A stretch of 12,795 nt of DNA from Candidatus Hermodarchaeota archaeon (GTDB lineage: Archaea > Asgardarchaeota > Lokiarchaeia > Sigyniarchaeales > SOKP01): contig JBHLLP010000062.1 of assembly GCA_048885525.1 (NCBI GenBank), positions 1 to 12,795 on the forward strand, read 5' to 3'. The translations under genes were made by a program, and so were the position numbers. Position 1 is the stretch's first letter. Each line of letters begins with the position of its first letter. Below the pieces are notes generated by a model, which had not been told where the DNA came from, did no database searches, and saw nothing but the letters and a program-made list of their open reading frames with translations. Below, one piece after another: positions 1 to 7,968 of this stretch.

Positions 1-1119
1 AAGACAAGGTTCATGGTAATATGATTTACAACTTTCACATTGGTATACATTAAAATCACCTAAAAAAATGCTATGGCAATAAGAACATGAAGCATCAATT
101 TGGTCTATTTTTTCATCAGGTATTAAAAGCATTTTTGCACCTGCTTTTTCTTCCTCGTCAATGATTATTATATCTTGAGATTCTTGGACTTTATCTTTGA
201 CTAGCATTAAAGCTGCTCTTGGTAACTCTAACAGAAAAAAGCAGAAAGGACATCTGAAAACATTATCTTTATATTCCGTTTTTTTAGCCCACATAGCAGC
301 GCAAGATAAGTGCATTGCGCGATCACAACTAGGACAGTAACGTCCCTCACTAAAGAAATCGGCACCAGTAACAGCTGCTTTTATAGAATGACAAATTTGA
401 CATTTTTCTTGTCCTATTTTTGTTCCTTTCATCATTAACCTAATATCTAACATTGTCGGTCTTCTTAAAGGTAGAGCAATCTCACTAACTAAGGGTGCAA
501 TTTCATCCTTTTTCTCTGGAGGAAAATAATCCGTACTTTGTTTTACGTCTTTTTTAGAAGCAAAAGCTTTACCTGCATTGATTATAGCTTTAGAATTATT
601 AAAATATCCGAATTCTCCTCCAGTTTTTTGTGCTATTCTCTTTAAAGAATGTTCTCCGTATTCTTTTTTATCCCCTAATTGGCAAGTATCGATAAAAACT
701 CCTAAACCTTTTGCGATGTTAATTATTTTTTCCAATCTGATATTATCTAGTTCTAATTTATTATCAGTAATTATAAAAATACGTCGAGTTTTTCCACCAA
801 TTTTTCGCATTTCCTCAACAAGAATCTGTAAAGCAAATGCAATCCCTTCATGTAAAAAACCTTTTCCTGATATTTGAACTTTTTTTAATGATTTAATTAA
901 TCTCTCTTCTTCAAAGGCAAAATTAATCAACCTTTTTGTAATATTCCCAAAAGTAATGATGGAAATTCGATCTTTCATATCAATGGATAATTTTGATTGA
1001 ATGAAATTCTTCGCTGTCTGTAATTCAACAACCAATCTACTTGGTTTAAAATCTTTTCTCAACATAGATCTCGAAGTATCTAAAAGAATAACAGTATCCT
1101 CTATTTTTAAATCTGACAA
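1..1119 (-). CDS. vWA-domain protein (Ssl1/p44- and Rpn10-like vWA) with two C-terminal C4HC3 RING-like zinc fingers; 3' end runs off the window
   Basis: Not in the ORF track because it has no stop inside the window. Manual translation gives 373 open codons from TTG at 1119 (in-frame TAA at 1150-1152 upstream): MSDLKIEDTVILLDTSRSMLRKDFKPSRL...DRISIITFG...RRIFIITD...LKRIAQKTGGEFGY (vWA with DxSxS). Then CQICHS-x-GRYCPSCDRAMHLSCAAMW-x-RCPFC (241-402) and CSYCHSIFLGDFNVYQCESCKSYYHEPCL (87 to <1). Confidence 0.9.
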   Translation of the reverse strand, partial: MSDLKIEDTVILLDTSRSMLRKDFKPSRLVVELQTAKNFIQSKLSIDMKDRISIITFGNITKRLINFAFEEERLIKSLKKVQISGKGFLHEGIAFALQILVEEMRKIGGKTRRIFIITDNKLELDNIRLEKIINIAKGLGVFIDTCQLGDKKEYGEHSLKRIAQKTGGEFGYFNNSKAIINAGKAFASKKDVKQSTDYFPPEKKDEIAPLVSEIALPLRRPTMLDIRLMMKGTKIGQEKCQICHSIKAAVTGADFFSEGRYCPSCDRAMHLSCAAMWAKKTEYKDNVFRCPFCFFLLELPRAALMLVKDKVQESQDIIIIDEEEKAGAKMLLIPDEKIDQIDASCSYCHSIFLGDFNVYQCESCKSYYHEPCL

Positions 1120-1174
1120 ATCTTCATATAATTTCTTATTAATTGAAATTTAATAAAATAATATTAGTAGAATA

Positions 1175-1187
1175 TTATAAATTTCTA
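1175..1187 (-). promoter_or_regulatory. Candidate BRE/TATA promoter for the vWA-RING gene
   Basis: Minus strand reads TAGAAA-TTTATAA about 55 nt upstream of the TTG at 1119. The very AT-rich context lowers specificity. Confidence 0.35.
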
Positions 1188-1205
1188 TACATATATTAAA
1201 ATGTG

Positions 1206-2555
1206 TTAACTTTTTAAAAATTTATAAGCAAATAGTGTATAGACTTTAATTGCATTAATATAGTCTTGGATTTCTATATATTCGTTATTTGTATGAGAAA
1301 GTCTAGCATTTCCTGGGCCAAACATAATTGTAGATGGGCAAAAGTTAGTGTTGCGATAATATTTTGTATCTGCACTTCCCGGCAATATGAAATAGAAAGG
1401 TTTTTTGTTATAACATTTCTCTGTAATAGTATAAAAATCTTTTAAAACTTGGGAACTTCTCCAATCTTTCCAATATGATGCTTCACCCTGATTTAATACT
1501 TCTAAATATACAAAAATTTCTTTAGGAAGTCCTTTAGGTTCATTTTTTATTTTATATCCTAAAGAATTAATCAACTCCTTCAAACCGTTTAAAATCATTT
1601 CAATAGTATGTCCTGGTAACACTCTAACATCAATTATAGACTCACATCGATTAGGTATTACATTAGATTTTATTCCTCCTTTGATCATCGTTAAATTTGA
1701 ACTAAACTGCGTGTTAGCTTTTATTGCATGTTGAAGTAAAGGTTGTTCTTTCAAAAATCTATCAAAAATATCTCTACTAGGAAATAACTTACATACTAAA
1801 TCTTCTAATTCATCTTTTGATAAGGGAGGGTTGAATTTTGGAATATAATCCTCTAATTTATTTAAATTTTGAATTATATCGCTCATCATATAAATTGCAT
1901 TTATCCCCAAAAATGGTACAGAAGCATGGCCAGAAATTCCATTTGTGATTATTTTTATGGCAAATCGACCTTTCTCTCCAAGACTTATCATTTTAGGTAA
2001 AGGATTTAATCCAGTTGGTTCTCCTATTACAGCAAAATCACATTTTTTTGACTTCAGTAAGTTTTCAAGGCACCATCCTGTTCCTAAAATACCACCTACC
2101 TCTTCATCAGCTACAGCATTAAAAATTACATTACCAGAGGTTTTAATTCCAAATTTTTTTAGTATTGCTAAGGACACAGCCATTGCTGCTGTTCCACCTT
2201 TCATATCAACCGTTCCTCTTCCAAACATTCTTTTTCTCTTAATGACGGCAGAGAGAGGAGGATACTTCCATTCTTCTTCATTTCCTGGTGGTACAACATC
2301 CATATGTCCATTATATAAGAGATTTTTTCCTTCAAGGTTATCATTTAAATATGCAATTAAGTTAGCACGATTATCACCAAAAGGAAAAATTTCAGACTTT
2401 ATGTTAAACTTTTTTAAATATTTGTCAATAATTAATGCTACATTTTTTTCATTCCCAGGAGGATTATAAGACTCAGCTTGAATTATTTCTTGTAAAAAGG
2501 CAATATACTCATCATGATCCTGTTCAATTTCACTTAGAATTTGATCCTCGCTCAT
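1206..2555 (-). CDS. M20 family zinc metallopeptidase / ArgE-DapE-like deacylase
   Basis: Motifs LLYNGHMDVVP, GRGTVDMKGG, ADEEVG, IGEPT, GHAS, NVIP and C-terminal SHTNNE, covering the metal ligands, catalytic Glu and dimerisation domain. Confidence 0.93.
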   Translation of the reverse strand: MSEDQILSEIEQDHDEYIAFLQEIIQAESYNPPGNEKNVALIIDKYLKKFNIKSEIFPFGDNRANLIAYLNDNLEGKNLLYNGHMDVVPPGNEEEWKYPPLSAVIKRKRMFGRGTVDMKGGTAAMAVSLAILKKFGIKTSGNVIFNAVADEEVGGILGTGWCLENLLKSKKCDFAVIGEPTGLNPLPKMISLGEKGRFAIKIITNGISGHASVPFLGINAIYMMSDIIQNLNKLEDYIPKFNPPLSKDELEDLVCKLFPSRDIFDRFLKEQPLLQHAIKANTQFSSNLTMIKGGIKSNVIPNRCESIIDVRVLPGHTIEMILNGLKELINSLGYKIKNEPKGLPKEIFVYLEVLNQGEASYWKDWRSSQVLKDFYTITEKCYNKKPFYFILPGSADTKYYRNTNFCPSTIMFGPGNARLSHTNNEYIEIQDYINAIKVYTLFAYKFLKS

Positions 2556-2722
2556 TTCAATTTTCCTTAAAGTTATTTTTTATTATAGATATTAAGAAGG
2601 ATTTAGAATTTTATAAAATTTTGTTAATTCGGGAATTTCCTTAATTAAATTAAAAAATTTAGGAAATTTTAATACTTTTAAATTATTTTATTATTAAAAA
2701 TTAGGATATCACGGTTATTTTA

Positions 2723-5700
2723 TTGATTCGACGAAAAAAAGAGATAAAACCTTTATCCTTCGCTATACTCTTTGTTATTACAATTTTATTATCTACTACG
2801 CTGCTCTTTAGCAATTTTATTCCCTTTCAAAATGATAAGTTGGATAAAATCTCAAAAGAGGGGAATTTAGATGATAAACCTGAGATTTCTAATCTTAATT
2901 TAACCAATCCTATAATAGGGTCTGGTATTAATCAAAATGTGAGGATTTATGCAAATAATATATCTGAAAACTTACTTGATAATGAGAATTTTTTTGAAAT
3001 ACCTTCACTTTCATCAGAAAATATGTATCTTACTTACGCAGATTTCAATTTTGAATTTCAAAATAACTTTACAACTAACTATATTATAGAGGGTGATGAT
3101 GCTCTAAACGCTACAAACTTTATCTCTTTTGATTATAAAACAAGCCAAGGTTATTCTAATATAACTATAATAAATGGAACTTCAAGTGATCCTGATTTTA
3201 GTTATATAACTGATGGTTCAAATTCTACTGCTATCCATATAAATGCTCCTAATGGTCTTATAAACTTTACAATATTCGCTAATTTCACTGGTACAAAATA
3301 TACTTCAGGTGTCATTACGGGGGATGTCAAGTTTGATCGATCTAAGATATTAGGATTATTTTTATCAATAGTTTACGAACTTGATGAAGATGTGAATTTA
3401 ACTGTGAGTGTAAAAGATATTTCACAACCTACTTGGAAAGAAGTTATATCTTCACTCACAATTAACAGTAGTTTAGGTATTAAAGAACTCAAAGATAAAT
3501 TAATTAATGAGAATTTAAATTTCATAGATCTCTATAACACAACTTATATCCAATTCATCTTTGAAAGAGCGGATCACACTCCATTTGAGGCATGGTTGTA
3601 TAATTTTAATATGAATTCTACTTATGCATTTGATTTACCTATAACAAATTCTACTTATGTTGCATTAGAATTTGATTTACTAGGAAAGAAATCAACCGTG
3701 AATGGATTCTACGCGTGGATAAGGACCCTAGATCTGGATGAAGCTACAACTACAAAATTAAATATAACATTATATCGGGCTAATACCACCATTGTTAGAG
3801 ACGATGATAATTTACGAAAAATTTATCTCGGTCCTAATTACAATCAATTGATTGACTCGATAGAGGTAACATATACTGGAGATAATGTTTCTTATTTTGG
3901 ATTTAACATTGTTAACACTGGTAACCTGAATGTTTCTAATTATTTCATTGTGATCAAATCTAATAATTCAAAACAAGTATATAGTTTGGTAACACTTCCT
4001 TATTATAATTATGGAGATGATGGAAGTACAGAACATCAATTAAAAACAACTATAAATGATGGAATAAGCTGGATTAACGCCAAAACGCTAATTCCCTCAA
4101 CAATAACACCTTATTCTTCTGGTCAATTAGATGCTAGTAAATTTAAATTGAATGTTACCCGAGGATATAAGCCATCAGATTTTGATATAGATGGTATTTC
4201 TACCTTAGTAATTCAAGATATTCCGATTGAGAATGACCAGATTCAATCTTTTCCTTATAATGAAAGCTCATATTTAGAGTGGGGTATAGGTAAATGGTCT
4301 CACAATTTTTCCATTCCCATTGAAAATGACACATTTAACAAGTTCCGAATAGATCTTTTATGGAATAAAACTAATATTAAAGGATTTAAATTCAATGTTA
4401 AATATTCCGTTAATAGTTATTGGATTGATGATGCTTTAACTACATATACTGCATATTACGATACTGATCCTCAATGGTTATATACCTATGATTTAAATAA
4501 AAGTAATTATTTGTTTGATAATTGGACTTTTTTCGAGTTTTGGTACATCTATCCAGATTTCTTAACTGCTCATAATTTAACAAACCCAAGTAATATTCAA
4601 ATTCTCCCTCAAACAAGTGGAGAAGGTCAATTTGATGATAACCCAAGATACAACAGAATAATTGTGCAAAATAGTCTAACAGGTTTGGATGGCTTATATT
4701 CTCTGAATCTGACTAGCTATAACTTCATTCAAAATATGAATAGTTTTATAAATTATAATGGTATTTTATGGGAGACAAAAGGTTTCATGTATGGAGACAA
4801 TATCTCAGTAAGAGTGGGTATACAAGACCATAACTTAAATGCACCTTTAAGTGGTAATGCTAATGTTACTCTATTTTATCCAAATGGCACCACATATCTT
4901 GGAGCAAGGTTGAATGATTCTATTGGATTTATTGATGAATCCACACTTTATTATGATTTTGGTAATCAAACAATTTTGGATTTAACAAATACTTTCACAG
5001 AATTTGGTAAGTATTATTTAGGTTTCTTCTGGTCTAATGGTTCAGCAATAAGTTGTAAAAAAATTCATATTTATCTTGATAAATATGATATTGAATTATA
5101 TAGATGTGAATATAGCTCTATCAAACTTAAAAATATCCTAGATGGCGAAACAAAACATAAAGTTTCTCCATCTTATACTTTATTTATTGCCTCTTATAAT
5201 GATACAACAGGCATTTCTCAACCAAATTTTTACCCTATTGAGAATGAAGATGTAAATTCTCTTTTTTCTTATACAATAGGAGATCAATTATTACCTGTAT
5301 TAGTAACTTCGTTTAAACAGAGTGAAAATATTTTAAATCCAAATGAAACTATAAATATAAAGACATCAATCCGAAATTTACACCCATTCATCCCCACAAG
5401 GGTAAAGGTTAATGTAAAACTGGTTTCTTATATAAATAATGAATGGATTATTGCAGAAAAAACATCTAATAATGTCATTTTAAATTTTTCAGGACATCAA
5501 GATGATAGTAATGAATTTGACGTGAATTTAAAGATTCCTAATCTAGACCTGGCCACAAATACCTGGATGGGTGTTAATGCTCCCATCAGATTAGGAGGAG
5601 CTAGAACAATAATTACTATATTTATTGAGGATAATATTGCAGGTACATATGAAAGCAGTGATTTCTCATTACTGAGTAATAAAACCAGTACCAATTTCGA

Positions 5701-6841
5701 TGGACACATACTCGGGTTGAGAGTAACGGAAGAAGTAACAAGTAGAAGCATTTTTAATGAATTTGCCAGAAATGAATGTCTTTACCTTCCCAATAAAACA
5801 TTATTTTTAGTTAATATTATTGACCAAAATTATGTTAGCAGTTATCATCAATTTACTGGTGAATTTTCCTTAAAACTTAATAGCGAATTCACAAATATTA
5901 CTATAGATCCAAGTACTCCAATTAAAGGTCAATCTTTCAATCTTAGTTCCACTTTGGCAACTGAATTTGGAGAGAAATTAATAGATAAAAATGTTACCTG
6001 TCAATATAATGAAGAAGGTTTATGGGTTGATGTAAGCTCAGATCTTACAGATTCAAATGGTACTACTGCTTTTCTAATAAATACATTAAATATTGATTTT
6101 GAGGGTAACTTATTAGTAAAATTATCTTGGAATGGCGATTCTGTAAACGGAATTTCACGAAATATTTCAATTAATATTATCCATCAAGAAAATAATATCT
6201 CGATATCAATAATATCACGAGATGTACTTATATATAGAAATAAAGACACAACGATTAATTTCAATATAAAAAATGTTGGCGATTCAACTTTAAAAGTATT
6301 TGAAAATATCTCTATTGAGATTAATAATAACTTATCTTATTCCATAGTTGAAATTGATTATTTGACATTAGACAAATTCGTAGCTGGAGCAAGTACTAAT
6401 TTAATTGTGCAAATAGCAGTAGGATATGTTAATACTTTAGAAATATCGATTTTAATAAGAGCTCAAAATATAATTACAACAGAATATATATTAATTTCGA
6501 AAGATGCCTCATTCAAAACATACGATATTCCTATCTATGATTACTTCATCAAATTCTTTATTATTATTATAATAGGGGTTTTTACTCTAATTTGGATCAC
6601 AGCAATACTTTATGCCCGCAGAATTAAAAGACGATTGGAGATACCAATTGAAGAACCTATTAAAAAGAGGCCAAGAAAGGAAAGATACGTTCCTGTATCA
6701 GAATTGAAAAAACCTGCACCAGTTAAAAAAGCTCTGATAAAGAAAGAAACTCCAAAAGAAGAAGAAAAAGAAAAAACAGATCTTGACTCTTTACTGGAAG
6801 AAAGAGGCTTGGTAGATAAAAATGAAAAACCTAAAGAGTAA
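2723..6841 (+). CDS. Large membrane-anchored cell-surface (glyco)protein with probable Ig/CARDB-like beta domains, C-terminal TM helix and charged cytoplasmic tail
   Basis: TTG start. Basic N-terminus plus hydrophobic stretch (RRKK...LSFAILFVITILLSTTLLF). About 47 N-x-S/T sequons by manual count. Beta-rich Asn/Thr/Tyr composition and a CARDB-like INFNIKNVGD strand. TM segment FFIIIIIGVFTLIWITAILYA followed by RRIKRR and a ~75-aa K/E/P-rich tail. Confidence 0.85.
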   Translation: MIRRKKEIKPLSFAILFVITILLSTTLLFSNFIPFQNDKLDKISKEGNLDDKPEISNLNLTNPIIGSGINQNVRIYANNISENLLDNENFFEIPSLSSENMYLTYADFNFEFQNNFTTNYIIEGDDALNATNFISFDYKTSQGYSNITIINGTSSDPDFSYITDGSNSTAIHINAPNGLINFTIFANFTGTKYTSGVITGDVKFDRSKILGLFLSIVYELDEDVNLTVSVKDISQPTWKEVISSLTINSSLGIKELKDKLINENLNFIDLYNTTYIQFIFERADHTPFEAWLYNFNMNSTYAFDLPITNSTYVALEFDLLGKKSTVNGFYAWIRTLDLDEATTTKLNITLYRANTTIVRDDDNLRKIYLGPNYNQLIDSIEVTYTGDNVSYFGFNIVNTGNLNVSNYFIVIKSNNSKQVYSLVTLPYYNYGDDGSTEHQLKTTINDGISWINAKTLIPSTITPYSSGQLDASKFKLNVTRGYKPSDFDIDGISTLVIQDIPIENDQIQSFPYNESSYLEWGIGKWSHNFSIPIENDTFNKFRIDLLWNKTNIKGFKFNVKYSVNSYWIDDALTTYTAYYDTDPQWLYTYDLNKSNYLFDNWTFFEFWYIYPDFLTAHNLTNPSNIQILPQTSGEGQFDDNPRYNRIIVQNSLTGLDGLYSLNLTSYNFIQNMNSFINYNGILWETKGFMYGDNISVRVGIQDHNLNAPLSGNANVTLFYPNGTTYLGARLNDSIGFIDESTLYYDFGNQTILDLTNTFTEFGKYYLGFFWSNGSAISCKKIHIYLDKYDIELYRCEYSSIKLKNILDGETKHKVSPSYTLFIASYNDTTGISQPNFYPIENEDVNSLFSYTIGDQLLPVLVTSFKQSENILNPNETINIKTSIRNLHPFIPTRVKVNVKLVSYINNEWIIAEKTSNNVILNFSGHQDDSNEFDVNLKIPNLDLATNTWMGVNAPIRLGGARTIITIFIEDNIAGTYESSDFSLLSNKTSTNFDGHILGLRVTEEVTSRSIFNEFARNECLYLPNKTLFLVNIIDQNYVSSYHQFTGEFSLKLNSEFTNITIDPSTPIKGQSFNLSSTLATEFGEKLIDKNVTCQYNEEGLWVDVSSDLTDSNGTTAFLINTLNIDFEGNLLVKLSWNGDSVNGISRNISINIIHQENNISISIISRDVLIYRNKDTTINFNIKNVGDSTLKVFENISIEINNNLSYSIVEIDYLTLDKFVAGASTNLIVQIAVGYVNTLEISILIRAQNIITTEYILISKDASFKTYDIPIYDYFIKFFIIIIIGVFTLIWITAILYARRIKRRLEIPIEEPIKKRPRKERYVPVSELKKPAPVKKALIKKETPKEEEKEKTDLDSLLEERGLVDKNEKPKE

Positions 6842-6856
6842 ATTCTATTTACTTAA

Positions 6857-6881
6857 CTTTTTTTGTACTTTTAAAAAAAAG
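6857..6881. terminator. Probable bidirectional oligo-T terminator between convergent genes
   Basis: T7 run at 6858-6864 (+) after the surface-protein stop and A8 run at 6873-6880 (T8 on -) after the roadblock stop. Confidence 0.5.
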
Positions 6882-6892
6882 AGATTATAAAA

Positions 6893-7246
6893 TTATAAAT
6901 TGGATATTGAAGTCAAGTTTCTTTTCAATAGTGCGAGGGAACTCCTTCCGTCTACTCCAGCTAGAGCTATTAAAACCGTTTTCTGAGAACCTACCAAAAC
7001 TGCGAATCCTTTTTCTAATTCAATGGTAGTTGTTTTCAATCCACCTTTTCCTATATCTTTCCCCAAATTATTGGAATCCTTAATAATGGTAGCACAAGCT
7101 TTGGCAATTTTCCCATGATCCATGTCTGTAATCGTTTGGCCGACTAAAACTTTCCCATCTATATCAGCAGCGATAAGACCTTCTGTTTCAGGGACTATGT
7201 CCATGAGCTCTGCCAATTTCTGTTCTAAAACTTTTTTATCAACCAT
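6893..7246 (-). CDS. Roadblock/LC7 domain protein (MglB/LAMTOR2-like, with C-terminal helix)
   Basis: 117 aa with the roadblock pattern: helix LEQKLAELMDIVPE, GLIAADIDGKVL, long helix KIAKACATIIKDSNNLGKDIGKGGL, TIELEKGFAVLV, VLIALA and terminal helix LALLKRNLTSISN. AGGA SD-like motif upstream. Confidence 0.9.
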   Translation of the reverse strand: MVDKKVLEQKLAELMDIVPETEGLIAADIDGKVLVGQTITDMDHGKIAKACATIIKDSNNLGKDIGKGGLKTTTIELEKGFAVLVGSQKTVLIALAGVDGRSSLALLKRNLTSISNL

Positions 7247-7477
7247 AATATTATCCTATCAAAATTATTTGAATAGATTTGAATTCTGAAATTGGTTAAA
7301 AAATTATCTTAAATAAATTTATAGATTAAATATAGAGTTTAAGCAATTTAAATTTATCAAATATATAAAAAAGGAAAAGTGAAAATTAATCTTGTGATTA
7401 TTTGGATATAAGAAAAGGATCTAATTTAATAATATAAAAACGCAAACTACGTCATGTATTTTTTAATATAAATTTTT

Positions 7478-7531
7478 AAAAACCTTAAATCTATTATAAT
7501 ATTAAAATAGATTTTATAATTTCTCAAGGTG
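7478..7531 (+). promoter_or_regulatory. Candidate BRE/TATA plus Shine-Dalgarno for the DYNLRB-like gene
   Basis: AAAAAC-CTTAAAT at 7478-7490, and AGGTG at 7527-7531, 9 nt before the TTG at 7541. Confidence 0.4.
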
Positions 7532-7540
7532 TAATATTTA

Positions 7541-7825
7541 TTGATTAATCGTGCTGAAGTGAAAGCTATTATAAGAAGATTCGAGGAGCGCGAAGGAATT
7601 CGTGGTGTAATTATCTGTGATTCATCAGGGTTACCTATAGATTCTAATTTAGAGATTGAACTTAGTGAATCTGTTGCTGCTTATGTTACTTCTCTAATTG
7701 GGAAGGGGAAGCAAGTGGTAGATGCATTAAAGGAAGGGGAACTTAACTTTATCAGGCTTGAAACCTCGAAGGGAGAGACGATGGTTGCACTAGAAGAGAA
7801 CCTCATTCTAATTATCCTTAAGTAA
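7541..7825 (+). CDS. Roadblock/LC7 protein, dynein light chain roadblock (DYNLRB)-like short form
   Basis: 94 aa: AEVKAIIRR...GIRGVIICDSSGLPIDS...LIGKGKQVV...LNFIRLETSKGETMVA...LIILK. This follows the DYNLRB pattern almost without gaps, and the protein ends after the last strand with no third helix. Confidence 0.92.
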   Translation: MINRAEVKAIIRRFEEREGIRGVIICDSSGLPIDSNLEIELSESVAAYVTSLIGKGKQVVDALKEGELNFIRLETSKGETMVALEENLILIILK

Positions 7826-7968
7826 TATATCTTTTTCATTTTTAAACTTTTTATCAAATCTTATTAAGATCTTAATATTCTGAGCAAAGAAATCAAAGAT
7901 TAAAAATTTATATTATAGATTCTTTTTGAAATAAAATTTATTCTATTTTTTAAGGAGCTGAAAGTGGC

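Noticed and set aside
578-877. 99-aa + strand ORF from the track
   Set aside because: Antisense shadow of the vWA-RING gene; no motifs.
1945-2644. 174-aa and 69-aa + strand ORFs
   Set aside because: Antisense to the well-supported M20 gene; no recognisable features.
4440-5751. 68-aa and 84-aa - strand ORFs
   Set aside because: Antisense shadows within the surface-protein gene.
7247-7540. Long intergenic spacers (here and 9001-9300) as possible ncRNA or tRNA loci
   Set aside because: Extremely AT-rich, with no GC-rich stems or cloverleaf visible; consistent with divergent promoter regions.
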